A stretch of DNA of 64,000 bases from Alphaproteobacteria bacterium (GCA_024275825.1 JAJRYK010000020.1:181861-245860); one strand, 5' to 3'. Counted from the first letter of the stretch, positions 37,737 to 47,711 are shown. Numbers and translations are program-made. The notes: a model not told the origin generated them from the letters alone.

Positions 37737-38510
37737 CTAAAATCTTTGATTCGGGGCGGGGTTTTGTTCTGTTTCACGCTGTTTGATCGCGCCTTTTACG
37801 GAGAGAGCAATGAGCTGAGGAAAGTCTTTTACCAGCATGCCATGTTCTTGTGTTTCTTGTGCTCTTGCTTTGAAGGCACCTTGTAGAATTCTTCTGTTTC
37901 TTTCATCTTCTGTGTCGACTGCTATAACCTGATCGATGATTTTAGTGTCATGTGTATCGGGGCTTCTTCTGTTTCCAATGTGCATACGTGGTGTTTTTTT
38001 GTGCACATCACTCGATATTTTTATGGTCACCCCTAAAAGTATATTTGTGCCGCGTATCAGGATATCTTTAAATTGTTCTGGGTTTTGTTTTAGGACAGGA
38101 TGCTTTTCTGGATCAAATTGGCCATTAAATGATGCAATTGCTCCGTTGGGGCCTCCACCAGTAAGGCCTTTGTATTGCATTGAAAGTGCTAATTCTATTG
38201 TTACCAATAAATCTTCGATAATAGATTTTGTTAAGGCATCAAAAATTTGTGGGTGCTTGTCTTTTTCAATGGAGACCATTTGGTCTTCTTTGAATTCAGG
38301 GATTGTGGTTTTAAGATCTATTTTTAGCCTATTGTTTTCTAGGTCGACTTCATTTTTATGGATGGCCATGCGAGAGGGTAAAACTCTTAATATACGACCA
38401 TGTAAGTCTTGGCCGAATACTTCGAGTTCTTCGCATGTTGTTTTTACTAACTTCTTTTTTTTTACGTCCAAACATAAGTTATTTATATGTAAATTTATGG
38501 AGAAAGTCAA
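37737..38510 (-). CDS. Hypothetical AT-rich orphan protein inside the flagellar cluster
   Basis: An ORF of up to 257 aa. It opens at a TTG, the first ATG is at 38369, and no SD is seen. Composition is clearly lower in GC than the flanking fliJ and the 698-aa gene. No motif recognised. Confidence 0.45.
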   Translation of the reverse strand: MTFSINLHINNLCLDVKKKKLVKTTCEELEVFGQDLHGRILRVLPSRMAIHKNEVDLENNRLKIDLKTTIPEFKEDQMVSIEKDKHPQIFDALTKSIIEDLLVTIELALSMQYKGLTGGGPNGAIASFNGQFDPEKHPVLKQNPEQFKDILIRGTNILLGVTIKISSDVHKKTPRMHIGNRRSPDTHDTKIIDQVIAVDTEDERNRRILQGAFKARAQETQEHGMLVKDFPQLIALSVKGAIKQRETEQNPAPNQRF

Positions 38511-38536
38511 GAAAAAAGCTTTAGAAGGGGGCGGGG

Positions 38537-40633
38537 TTAAGCGTCCATGCCCAGTGTTTGCTCATGGTCTGCTTGAATAGTCACCCACTGATCAGCTTGA
38601 TTCTGAAAGGTGAGTTCGCCGGTGATGGTTGTTTGTTTTAGGCCGCTGGCATAGATTTGGCGCATATTCATTTGCATGGCCTGGCTGAGGAAACCTTCGG
38701 TACGGATGACGAGGTCCAGGCGGGTATTGTCCTCCGATGGGGCGCGGAACAGGCCGTCAATTTGCACCTTGCCCATACGATCGAGTGCGAGATCGAAGAT
38801 GAAGCGCGTGGTTTTGCCTTTGCTTTGGCCGTCGTCATCGCTGCCCTGATCATCTTGTTTGTAATGAATCATGATTTTGTGAATTTCGTTGTCATGCATG
38901 ATGGGCAGGGGCAGGGCGCGCCAGTCTTGTGAGACCGGATCGCTGGCCAGGCGGCTGAGCAGGCCGCTTTCTTGCGTGAGGCGTGTGAGGATGCTGCCCT
39001 TGCCGCTCGCGCGCAGGGCCTGCGTTGTTTTATCACCCAGCAGAGCCGAGAGATCGCCGCCGCGCAGGGCGGTGATGAAGAAGAGTGCAGCGGGCGTGAT
39101 TTGTGCCGGGTTAGCAGTGTTGGGAATGATGTTGTTGAAGGCTTGCGCGGTGGCGGCAGAGACTTGGGCGAGCTGCTGGCTCAGTTCGTTGAGGAGTGGC
39201 CATGGCTCTGGCAAGAGCGGAAAAGCCACGCCAGTGAGCGGATTTGGAAGTGCTGAAATTTGCGGCGTGGCGGTAGCTTGCGGCGCGACCTGGATCTGTG
39301 TGCCGGGCGCTATGAATTGGGTCGGGGTTTGCAGGATGAAGCTCTGAACGCTGCTTAAATCTGGCGAAAACAGGCTGATGATGGGCAGGCTCTGCGGCGC
39401 TGTGCCAATAATAAATCCGTTTAAACTGGCTGGGGTTTGCTGGCTTGTGATTGTATTTTTTGTAAGCACGCTTGGCAGTGAATTTTTGCTGATATTTTGA
39501 AGGGTTTCGTTAATTTTATCGGTGCCGGGAGGGGCGATCTGAACCAATGGCGGCGCGACCTGGGTGATGCGCGCATCAAGGGGAGCGTTGTTTAAAGCCT
39601 GACTGGTTGAGGTTTGGCTTAGTGGCGTAGGCGCATTTAATGTGAGTGTCAGCGGGGCTGACGCGGGTAGCGCCTCGGCATTAATGGTTGGGGTGATGCT
39701 GATCCCCGGGGAGAGGATGGGGGTGAGCGTTGCGCTGATGCTTGATGTTGTTTGCGGCGGTGCGAGCACGATATTTGCGGTGAGCTGTGCAATGGCTTCC
39801 GGGCCGATGGGGGCAGGTATTGGCGCGCTGGTGGGTGCGATGTTGAAGGTCGCCTGAAGTGTTGGTTGCAGGGTAGGAAGCGCCGGGATCGGGCGGGTTA
39901 TGAGTGTCTCTATATTAAGCGTCGTTGTTGTTGTTTGCGCTTGTGGCTGAGGTTGGGCGAGCAATGTCTCAGCCAAGGGCGCGGCGATACTTTGCGGCGC
40001 GGCGCTGGCGGAGATGATGACGGGCACCGGTTGCTGCGCGAGCAAGGCGGGGAGGTCGCGCGCGGGAATGGGGAGCAGGCGGATGATGGTGTCGGCCGGG
40101 GGCAGCGTGGGCGGCAGTGGCGGCGGGCCATCTTGCGGCGGCACTATGGGTTGAGCTTGAGGCTGTGGCTCTGCGGTTTGCGCTTCTCCGAGCGTGACAT
40201 TGACGGGCGTGGTTAGTGGGCGCGGCGGCGGCGCAGTGTTTTGTGGTTGGTCAGGGCGTGGTTGCGGTTGAGATTGCTCTGGCGGCGCGTTTTGAATTTG
40301 TGCTGTTTCCGGCGGGCGGCCCGAATTTGGGTTGGGCTGAATTTCGATCTCAATGCTTTGCCCTTCGCGCGGCGGGGGCCTGTCTGCGGGAATGCGCAGC
40401 TCTACCGCGCCGCGATTGGTTTGCACTTTGATGCGGGTTTCATTGCTGCGCGGTTCACGCACGACCTCGGTCACGCGGCTGCGCAGGCGGGCGGGCTCTT
40501 TTATCTCGCGCAGACCATTGGGCAGGCCGATCAGGGTGGCGATGGTTTTCTCCTGACCAGAAGGCGCATTAATGCCCTGCGCAGGCAGGCGCGCAGAGCC
40601 GAGGAGATTTGAAAAACCAGATGAATCGCTCAT
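38537..40633 (-). CDS. Proline/glutamine-rich 698-aa protein with a FliK-like C-terminal domain
   Basis: A long low-complexity P/Q/A/T-rich centre. The C-terminal ~130 aa (TTRFIFDLALDRMGKVQIDGLF...LDLVIRTEGFLSQAMQMNMRQIYASGLKQTTITGELTFQ) resembles the hook-length-control Flg_hook fold pattern by eye. Confidence 0.5.
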   Translation of the reverse strand: MSDSSGFSNLLGSARLPAQGINAPSGQEKTIATLIGLPNGLREIKEPARLRSRVTEVVREPRSNETRIKVQTNRGAVELRIPADRPPPREGQSIEIEIQPNPNSGRPPETAQIQNAPPEQSQPQPRPDQPQNTAPPPRPLTTPVNVTLGEAQTAEPQPQAQPIVPPQDGPPPLPPTLPPADTIIRLLPIPARDLPALLAQQPVPVIISASAAPQSIAAPLAETLLAQPQPQAQTTTTTLNIETLITRPIPALPTLQPTLQATFNIAPTSAPIPAPIGPEAIAQLTANIVLAPPQTTSSISATLTPILSPGISITPTINAEALPASAPLTLTLNAPTPLSQTSTSQALNNAPLDARITQVAPPLVQIAPPGTDKINETLQNISKNSLPSVLTKNTITSQQTPASLNGFIIGTAPQSLPIISLFSPDLSSVQSFILQTPTQFIAPGTQIQVAPQATATPQISALPNPLTGVAFPLLPEPWPLLNELSQQLAQVSAATAQAFNNIIPNTANPAQITPAALFFITALRGGDLSALLGDKTTQALRASGKGSILTRLTQESGLLSRLASDPVSQDWRALPLPIMHDNEIHKIMIHYKQDDQGSDDDGQSKGKTTRFIFDLALDRMGKVQIDGLFRAPSEDNTRLDLVIRTEGFLSQAMQMNMRQIYASGLKQTTITGELTFQNQADQWVTIQADHEQTLGMDA

Positions 40634-40767
40634 GGGAGTATTATATAGCGATTCTAATTAAGAATAAGGTATTTCTCCATCACTGTAATCCCGGGCTTGA
40701 TCCGAGGTTACGAGTGTAGAGTCCGGGGTTATAAATGATAGTATCGTGATATGTCCGGTTGTAATAA

Positions 40768-40850
40768 AAATTCTTATAACACAGAGATCACGGAGGATGC
40801 ACAGAGGGCACAGAGATTTTTTTTAAAAGAACTCTGTGTATCCTCCGTGA
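40768..40850. repeat. 29-bp-stem hairpin (CACGGAG family) within a ~300-bp repeat-filled spacer (40688-40980)
   Basis: AACACAGAGATCACGGAGGATGCACAGAG (40768-40796) pairs with 40822-40850 at 28/29 positions. Flanking CCGGATCAAGTCCGG-type hairpin units lie at ~40689 and ~40955. Confidence 0.85.
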
Positions 40851-41012
40851 TCTCTGTGTTAAAAAAGACGTTGGTGCGCAAAGATAGATACCTCTCCAAC
40901 TACCGCGTCATTGCATGATTTATGTCGCAGCCCCTTAGCATCTTTTGGCAAAAACTCCGGATCAAGTCCGGGGTTACGGATGTCGACGATAGGGAGGAGG
41001 AAATCGGTGAGC

Positions 41013-41840
41013 CTACCCTGCCGCGGCCTTCTTCTGCGCCGTGCGGATGACCTGCCAGATATCTTCGGCGATTTCCTCGACTTCACCAGCGGCTTGGGCG
41101 TTGGGGGAGCGGATGAGGATGGGGGTTTGGGCGCGGATGCAGTCTTTGACCTTTGGATCGTTGCGCACCATACCGGCCAGGGGCGGTTTGAGGCGCAGGA
41201 AGTTTTCGCAGGCCTTGAGCAGTGTCTTATAGGTCTTTTCACCATCAGTGATCGAGCTGGCCATATTCACCACAATAGAAACATTTTTTGACATGCCCGC
41301 GGCGTTACCGAGCTTGATGAAGGCATAGGCATCGGTCAGCGAAGTTGGTTCATCCGTTGTGATCAAAAGCGTGCGGGTGGAGGTGGCAGAGAGCATGCGC
41401 ACAGTGCGGTCCACGCCTGCGCCAAGGTCGGTAATTACCACGTCATATTGTTCGGCGACTTCCAGCAATTGATCACGCAGCAGGGCGAGGCGCTGGCTGG
41501 GCAGGGCCGACAGAGAGGCCTGTCCAGAACGTCCGGCGATGATGTCAAAGCCGCCTTCTTCGTAGGGCTGAATAACTTTATCGAGGCTGAGGCGACCGCG
41601 GATCACGTCGTTGAGATCGCGCTTTGGCATTAGGCCGAGCTGTACATCCACATTCGCCAGACCCAGATCACCGTCAAACAACAAAACCTTTTTCCCCATT
41701 TTGGTCAGGGCGTGGGCGAGCGTGATGGAAAACCATGTTTTACCAACGCCGCCCTTGCCACTGCCGACCGCGATCATGTTGGTGCCTTTTCTAAAAGCCC
41801 CGCCGCCAGTCTGTTCTTTGCTTTTGGTTGTGATACTCAT
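41013..41840 (-). CDS. flhG: MinD/ParA-type flagellar number regulator FlhG
   Basis: Deviant Walker A AVGSGKGGVGKTW. Lies downstream of flhF. Confidence 0.85.
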   Translation of the reverse strand: MSITTKSKEQTGGGAFRKGTNMIAVGSGKGGVGKTWFSITLAHALTKMGKKVLLFDGDLGLANVDVQLGLMPKRDLNDVIRGRLSLDKVIQPYEEGGFDIIAGRSGQASLSALPSQRLALLRDQLLEVAEQYDVVITDLGAGVDRTVRMLSATSTRTLLITTDEPTSLTDAYAFIKLGNAAGMSKNVSIVVNMASSITDGEKTYKTLLKACENFLRLKPPLAGMVRNDPKVKDCIRAQTPILIRSPNAQAAGEVEEIAEDIWQVIRTAQKKAAAG

Positions 41841-41852
41841 CTGTCTTTAATC

Positions 41853-42932
41853 TTAATGGCTTCCGGTTTTTCTTAAAGGGGTATTATGCGCGCTATCCAC
41901 AGCGCTGGTTCGGGTGTTTTGCACGCTGGGCATAAGCAGTCTAGCTAAGTTTTGCGGGTTTAGCGAGAATAATCCATTGGCGACTTTTGGTGTATTCGAG
42001 GCATCGGCGAAGCTCATCGAGCCGTGATGGGCCGCGGCGAGCAGGCCGCCGAGGCGACGCGTCAGGTCAATGCGCGTGGGGATGATTGTATGCACACCCA
42101 GAGCGGCGAAGCATCTGGCCATCTCGCCAGACTCTTCGGAATCAATCCCGGCTTGCACGGTGAGATAGGGCTCGACATCCGCGGCGTTGATCAGTTTGGC
42201 GAGGGTTTTGATATCCTCAGTGTTGAAGGGGTTGGCACCTGCCGTATCGATGATGATTTGATCGCGATCGGATAGCTCATCAATTATATAGGCCAAATTT
42301 TGCGGGGAGTTGGCTTGGCGCAGATCGGTTTTGAGCAGGTTGGTGAATGCGCCGAGCTGCTCTACGCCGCCTGCGCGGACGGTGTCGCAGGTGATGACGC
42401 CGACAGATAGATCGTTCATGACACTGCGCGCAGCCATTTTGGCGACGGCCAGTGTTTTACCAGAGCCGGGCGCGCCGACCATCATGATGGCTTTTTTGTG
42501 CGGTTTTTGCGGCAAGGGGCGGAAGTGGAATAAATGCTCTAGCGCTGCAACCAGAGAGATATGCGCGCTATCTAGCCCCACAACGGTGGCGCAGGAAATG
42601 ATGTTATCCATCACATCTTCGGGCACGCCGTGGCGCAGCATGACATCGGTTAGCTCTTCGGCGGCGGCAAACTCGTCCTGTTCATCATCATATTGTAGCC
42701 AGTTATCTTCGCTGGCTGCCCGGCCCGACCGGCTGACTTCAAAGGCGGGATCAAAGCGCGCATCGCTGGGCGCGGCGCTATAGCTGTCCGGGTCGATCGC
42801 CGCAGTCACATTAACGCCGCGACCCCCGCGTTCCTCACGCGTGGCAACAATGACGGCGTCTTCACCGAGCGTCTCTCGAACCATTTGCATCGCCTCTGTC
42901 ATGGTTTTAGCAGTAAAAGATTTTAACCGCAT
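41853..42932 (-). CDS. flhF: SRP-type GTPase FlhF (flagellar placement)
   Basis: G1 motif MMVGAPGSGKTLAVAKMA and DTAG in IIIDTAGANP. Lies between flhA and flhG. Confidence 0.85.
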   Translation of the reverse strand: MRLKSFTAKTMTEAMQMVRETLGEDAVIVATREERGGRGVNVTAAIDPDSYSAAPSDARFDPAFEVSRSGRAASEDNWLQYDDEQDEFAAAEELTDVMLRHGVPEDVMDNIISCATVVGLDSAHISLVAALEHLFHFRPLPQKPHKKAIMMVGAPGSGKTLAVAKMAARSVMNDLSVGVITCDTVRAGGVEQLGAFTNLLKTDLRQANSPQNLAYIIDELSDRDQIIIDTAGANPFNTEDIKTLAKLINAADVEPYLTVQAGIDSEESGEMARCFAALGVHTIIPTRIDLTRRLGGLLAAAHHGSMSFADASNTPKVANGLFSLNPQNLARLLMPSVQNTRTSAVDSAHNTPLRKTGSH

Positions 42933-43044
42933 GGCGGGGATTCACTCAATCAGTATAGGGGTTACGCGTTACTCATACCAGATGATAACCATAAAACATT
43001 GGGGTGGGAAGGGGTAATTGTGGGTAAGTTTGCAGTAGGGAGGG

Positions 43045-45210
43045 TTACACCTGCCCCGACGTCTTAATCCGAGCTTTCGGGTGGATCTCATTCTGGCTCA
43101 TGACGACCGTTTGCGGGCGGAAGCGCTCTATGACGCTGCGCACATAGGGGCGGATCATGGGGGAGGTTAGGAGGACGGGGATTTCGCCTTCGGTGGCCAT
43201 TTCATCATATTTTTCGCGCACGGCGGCGATGAAGTCCTGGAGCTGCGTCGGCGGCATGGCGAGCTGTTTTTCTTCGCCGTCACCCATGAGAGACTCGCCG
43301 AAGGCTTGTTCCCAATCGGGCGAAAGCGTGACGAGCGAGAGCACGCCGCTCGGCCCGGTATAGCTGTCGCAGAGCTGGCGCGACAGGCGGGTGCGGACAT
43401 GTTCGGTGATCATGCCAACATTTTTGGTGTAGGCTGCGGCCTCGGATATGCCCTCTAAAATTGATGGCAGGTCGCGCACGGAAATGCGCTCGCCTAGTAA
43501 GTTTTGTAAGATGCGCTGCAGGCCTCCAATGGTGATCTGGCCCGGCACGACATCCGCGACCAGCTTTTGATATTCGCGCGGCATTTCATCGAGTAGCTTT
43601 TGCGTCTCTGCATAGTTCAGCAGATCGGGCATGTTGTCCTTAATCAGCTCCGTTAAATGGGTGGTGATGACGGTGGGGGCGTCGACGACGGTGTAGCCCT
43701 TGAAGTGTGCCTCCTCGCGATATTGCTCGTCTAACCACATGGCGGGCAATCCAAAAGTTGGTTCGGTCGTGCTCTCACCGGGCAGGGTGATGGGGTTGCC
43801 GGACGGGTCCATACACATCAGCATGCCGGGGCGCACATCGCCCTCGCCAGCCTTAATCTCTTTGATGCGCATTATATAAGTGTTGGCGGGGAGCTGTAGA
43901 TTATCTTGAATGCGCACGGCCGGAAGGACGTAGCCCATATCCTCCGCCAATTGACGGCGCAGGCCCTTGATCTGGTCGGTCAGCTTGTTGCCGCCTTCGC
44001 CCTGGACGAGGGGGAGCAGGCCATAGCCGAGCTCTAGGCGGATAGTGTCCATGGCCAGCGCTTTGGATATGGGTTCTTCTGCCGGGGTGGCTTGTGCGGC
44101 GGCCTCTCCGGCCGCTTGTTGTTCAACGTTTTCTATGGTGCCACTTTGTTCACGTTTCAGTGAAAAATAGGCCATCACGCCAATGGCGATACCGATTGAG
44201 ATAAAGGGCACAGGCGGAATAGCGGGCACGAGGCCGAGCATGATCATAAGGCCCGAGCTCATCGCCAGCGCGCGCGGGTATTTGCCGAGCTGGTCAAAGA
44301 GCGCGGCCTCAGCCGAGCCTTCAACGCCCGCTTTGGAGACGAGAAGACCGGCTGCAACAGAAACAACAAGCGCCGGAATCTGGCTAACCAGACCGTCACC
44401 AATGGTCAGGATGGTGTAGGTGGCGGCGGCGTCGGCCAGACTCATGTCATTTGATACGGTGCCAATGACGATACCGCCAATGATGTTGATGAACACGATG
44501 AGTAGTCCCGCGATGGCATCGCCGCGCACGAACTTCGCCGCACCGTCCATGGCGCCATAGAAGGTGCTTTCTTGCTCCAGTTTTTTACGGCGGTCCTTGG
44601 CTTCTTCCTCGGAGATCAGGCCGGCGGACATGTCGCTATCGATAGCCATTTGCTTGCCGGGCATGGCGTCCAGAGTGAAGCGCGCCGCGACCTCCGCAAT
44701 ACGGCCCGAGCCCTTGGTGATCACGACGAAATTGACGATGACCAGAATGGCGAAGACGATCGCACCGATGACGTAGCTGTCCTTGATGATGAAAGAGCCG
44801 AAGGCTTCGATGACCTTCCCGGCGGCGTCACGCCCGCCGCTGCCATTCTCCAAGATCAGGCGGGTGGAGGCAACGTTCAGACCAAGTCGCAGCGAGGTGG
44901 TGACCAGTAAAATCGTAGGAAAACTAGAGAGTTCAAGCGAGTTTTGAATAAACAGTACGGTCATCAAAACCATGATGGAGATGGTGATAGAAATCGCCAG
45001 CCCGAGATCCAGAATCTGCGTCGGCATTGGCACCAGCATAAACATGATAATGCAAATAATGCCAAAGGCGAACATCACGTCCGAGCGGAAATAGGAGGTA
45101 ATGCTCCGTCCAGGGAGTGCGGTGCTCCCGCCGCCGCTAACAGCGCCGCTAGTAACAGGAGCGGCGGCGGGCGCGGTAGATGTCGCGGGTAAATTTGAAT
45201 CAGATGTCAT
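43045..45210 (-). CDS. flhA: Flagellar export gate protein FlhA
   Basis: 721 aa of the FHIPEP family (AEVAARFTLDAMPGKQMAIDSD; FVRGDAIAGL). Confidence 0.95.
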   Translation of the reverse strand: MTSDSNLPATSTAPAAAPVTSGAVSGGGSTALPGRSITSYFRSDVMFAFGIICIIMFMLVPMPTQILDLGLAISITISIMVLMTVLFIQNSLELSSFPTILLVTTSLRLGLNVASTRLILENGSGGRDAAGKVIEAFGSFIIKDSYVIGAIVFAILVIVNFVVITKGSGRIAEVAARFTLDAMPGKQMAIDSDMSAGLISEEEAKDRRKKLEQESTFYGAMDGAAKFVRGDAIAGLLIVFINIIGGIVIGTVSNDMSLADAAATYTILTIGDGLVSQIPALVVSVAAGLLVSKAGVEGSAEAALFDQLGKYPRALAMSSGLMIMLGLVPAIPPVPFISIGIAIGVMAYFSLKREQSGTIENVEQQAAGEAAAQATPAEEPISKALAMDTIRLELGYGLLPLVQGEGGNKLTDQIKGLRRQLAEDMGYVLPAVRIQDNLQLPANTYIMRIKEIKAGEGDVRPGMLMCMDPSGNPITLPGESTTEPTFGLPAMWLDEQYREEAHFKGYTVVDAPTVITTHLTELIKDNMPDLLNYAETQKLLDEMPREYQKLVADVVPGQITIGGLQRILQNLLGERISVRDLPSILEGISEAAAYTKNVGMITEHVRTRLSRQLCDSYTGPSGVLSLVTLSPDWEQAFGESLMGDGEEKQLAMPPTQLQDFIAAVREKYDEMATEGEIPVLLTSPMIRPYVRSVIERFRPQTVVMSQNEIHPKARIKTSGQV

Positions 45211-45311
45211 GCGTAATAAGGACCAAAAGCGGGGTGAAAATGCTCATGCGTCCCCATTTTACCTGCGTAGGCGGCAAGTTGCAAACGTTCAGATAGAGGT
45301 TGGGGCTTTAT

Positions 45312-46709
45312 TTAGCCCCGATCACCCGCGGCAGCCGGAACCTGCATGCCATCATCTTTGTATAGATTAAGCTTGTTGCGTAGGGTGCGGATAGAGATTC
45401 CCAGGATATTGGCGGCGTGTGTGCGGTTGCCGAGGCAGTGCTCCAGAGTGTTGATAATCATGTCTCTTTCCACATCCGCGATGGTGCGGCCGACGAGGGC
45501 TTCGACTTGACCGGGATTTTGGATTGTGTTTGTTGTTGCGCTGCTGGCGGAGTTGATGCCGGTGGGATCTGAGGCGCTGGTGGCTGCGGGCGCAGGCGCT
45601 GTCGGTGCGCTGTTATCCTGAATATGGATCGCGGCGGGTTCTAGTTCGTCTTCCATCGACATTAAAATCCCGCGGTGCATGGTGTTTTCCAGCTCGCGGA
45701 TATTGCCCTGCCAGTGATAGGCTTTGAGCTTTTCGATGGAGGCGGGCGCGAGCTTTTTCTTATTAATCGCGTTGGCTACTGCGTATTTATCAGCAAAGAA
45801 CTGTGCGAGCTGCGCAATGTCAGCCGGGCGTTCACGCAGGGCAGGCAGGTGCAGGTTGACGACATTAAGGCGGAAATACAGATCCTCACGGAACTCGCCC
45901 TTTTTGATCGCCGCCTCGAGGTCGCGGTTAGAGGTTGCCAGAATGCGCACATCCACTTTGACCGTGTTGTTGGAGCCAATGCGCGTGACCTCGCGCTCTT
46001 GAATGGCGCGCAGCAGCTTGGCCTGGAGCAGGGGGTGCATTTCGCTGACCTCATCCAGCAGGATTGTGCCGGTGTTGGCTTCCTCGAACTTGCCGATGCG
46101 CCGGGCCGTTGCGCCGGTGAAGGCGCCCTTTTCATGGCCGAATAGTTCAGATTCCAGTAGGTTTTCTGGGATCGCGGCGCAGTTTACGGCGATGAAGGGG
46201 CCGCTGGAGCGTTTTGATTTGCGGTGTATATACTGGCTCATCACCTCTTTGCCCGTGCCGGATTCGCCGGTGATCATGATGGTGGCTTCGCTGGGGGCGA
46301 TTTTATCGGCCAGTTGAAGTACGCCCTTCATCGACGGATCGCTGGCGATCATTGTGCTTTGGTCTTCGCTGACCGCGGTCAGAAGCGCGGCGATTAGCTC
46401 TACATCAGGTGGCAGAGGGATATATTCCTTCGCCCCGGCCTGAATGGCCTTCACCGCAGCGCGGGCGTCATTATCGATGCCGCAGGCAATAACGGGGACA
46501 TGAATGCGCTCAGCCTCTAATCGTTCAATAAATGGGCCAATTTTTTGTTTTACATCCACCATGATCAAATCTGCACCCTTGCCATTGAGCAGTGCGCCGA
46601 TGGCTTGGTCCGTATCCTCACAATGTACAACTTTTGCGCCCTTTTGCAGCGCAATTTTACCCGCCTGCGAGATGTAGCCTTCTAGCTGTCCGATGATCAT
46701 TAAACGCAT
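45312..46709 (-). CDS. flbD: Sigma-54-dependent flagellar transcriptional regulator FlbD
   Basis: The N-terminal pseudo-receiver MRLMIIGQLEG...ADLIMVD...EYIPLPPDVELIAALLTAV is collinear with Caulobacter FlbD. AAA+ domain with GESGTGKE and the GAFTGA loop. C-terminal HTH. Confidence 0.9.
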   Translation of the reverse strand: MRLMIIGQLEGYISQAGKIALQKGAKVVHCEDTDQAIGALLNGKGADLIMVDVKQKIGPFIERLEAERIHVPVIACGIDNDARAAVKAIQAGAKEYIPLPPDVELIAALLTAVSEDQSTMIASDPSMKGVLQLADKIAPSEATIMITGESGTGKEVMSQYIHRKSKRSSGPFIAVNCAAIPENLLESELFGHEKGAFTGATARRIGKFEEANTGTILLDEVSEMHPLLQAKLLRAIQEREVTRIGSNNTVKVDVRILATSNRDLEAAIKKGEFREDLYFRLNVVNLHLPALRERPADIAQLAQFFADKYAVANAINKKKLAPASIEKLKAYHWQGNIRELENTMHRGILMSMEDELEPAAIHIQDNSAPTAPAPAATSASDPTGINSASSATTNTIQNPGQVEALVGRTIADVERDMIINTLEHCLGNRTHAANILGISIRTLRNKLNLYKDDGMQVPAAAGDRG

Positions 46710-46722
46710 TTAGTTCACTTCC

Positions 46723-46803
46723 TTTTACTTTTGCAGAGCGCCGACGTCGCTCCTAAAGTATTAAAAATACTCGTCGTCGCTTGCGCCTGCTGCAAGAATA
46801 AAA
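46723..46803. repeat. Palindromic element sharing a ~45-nt core with the element at 63022-63124
   Basis: Shared blocks CGCTCCTAAAGT (46748-46759) and CTCGTCGTCGCTTGCGCCT (46770-46788). The outer inverted ends are TTTTACTTTTGCAG and CTGCAAGAATAAAA. Confidence 0.7.
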
Positions 46804-46871
46804 TCAAATGACTAAATCAAAGCGCGCAAGCCTAGAGTTTAGCGTATCGTTTGCCAAGTGCAAGGGGAAGC

Positions 46872-47711
46872 TTAATCGAAATAGTTGATCCGCTCCGACG
46901 GCGGGAGCTCGGAGTTTAGGAGCATTTCCAGGCGGCGGGGGTTTTCTTGTTGTGAGATGGAGACGGCGGCGGTTTGGATGAGGCGTTTGCGCAGTGTTTC
47001 ATCGGCAGAATTTTTCTCTAATTTGACGGCCAGCGGTGCCATAATTACGGTGCCCAGAATTGCGCCGTAGAAGGTGGTGAGCAGGGCAACCGCCATAGCT
47101 GGGCCGATGGCTTCGGGATTTTCCAGGTCGGCCAGCATTTGCACAAGGCCAACAAGTGTTCCAATCAAGCCCATAGCAGGCGCAACTTCAGATGCACGGC
47201 GGGCGATGGTGGCGGAGCGCTTATGGCGCTCGGATATAGCATCAATTTCTTGCCCCAGCATGCGTTCAACATCCTTGGCATTAAAGCCGTCAACGACCAT
47301 TTGGATGGCGTGCATGAGGAAATCGTCTTTCTTCAGCTCTTTTTCGTAGTTGATCAGGGCGAGAATGCCCTTCTTCTTTCCGACAACCGCGAGGTCAACC
47401 AGACTGAAGGCCAGCCTGCGTGGGGATTGGGAGCGCCGCACGAAAGAATTGCCCATGATGGCACCGGCGCGCATAATTTCTTCGGAGGTGAAAGAGATGG
47501 CTGTGGCTGCAATTGTGCCGAAGAGAACGATCATCAGGGAGGGCACGTTAAAGAAATTTGCGTTGCTTTGGCCGGCGGCAATCGCGCCGGCAATCAAGCC
47601 AAGTGCAAAAATTGCACCCAGGATGGAGGCCCAGTCGGCTCTTCTGGTGGGGCGTTCAATTTTAACGACCGGCAGGGGGGAGGTGTCTCTTTTTTTTTCT
47701 TTATCAGCCAT
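46872..47711 (-). CDS. motA: Flagellar stator protein MotA/PomA
   Basis: 279 aa of the MotA/TolQ/ExbB family (APAMGLIGTLVGLVQML...LLTTFYGAILG). Sits in the fliF operon. Confidence 0.85.
   Translation of the reverse strand: MADKEKKRDTSPLPVVKIERPTRRADWASILGAIFALGLIAGAIAAGQSNANFFNVPSLMIVLFGTIAATAISFTSEEIMRAGAIMGNSFVRRSQSPRRLAFSLVDLAVVGKKKGILALINYEKELKKDDFLMHAIQMVVDGFNAKDVERMLGQEIDAISERHKRSATIARRASEVAPAMGLIGTLVGLVQMLADLENPEAIGPAMAVALLTTFYGAILGTVIMAPLAVKLEKNSADETLRKRLIQTAAVSISQQENPRRLEMLLNSELPPSERINYFD

Noticed and set aside
40859-41245. 128-aa minus-strand ORF spanning the repeat spacer and the 3' end of flhG.
   Set aside because: It overlaps flhG in another frame. Its N-terminal part merely translates palindromic repeat DNA, and the product is Arg/Pro/Ser-rich with no motif.
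45312-45700. The FlbD receiver domain lacks the acidic pocket (IIGQLEG instead of DD), which could be a novelty.
   Set aside because: This is a known property of Caulobacter-type FlbD. The sequence here is collinear with it, so it is not new.
46872-47711. A MotA-like gene without an adjacent MotB could be a Zorya-type defence stator.
   Set aside because: It is of PomA/MotA size (279 aa) and embedded between fliN and flbD in the fliF operon. No ZorB/C/D-like partners are present. Separated motA and motB genes are normal in alphaproteobacteria.
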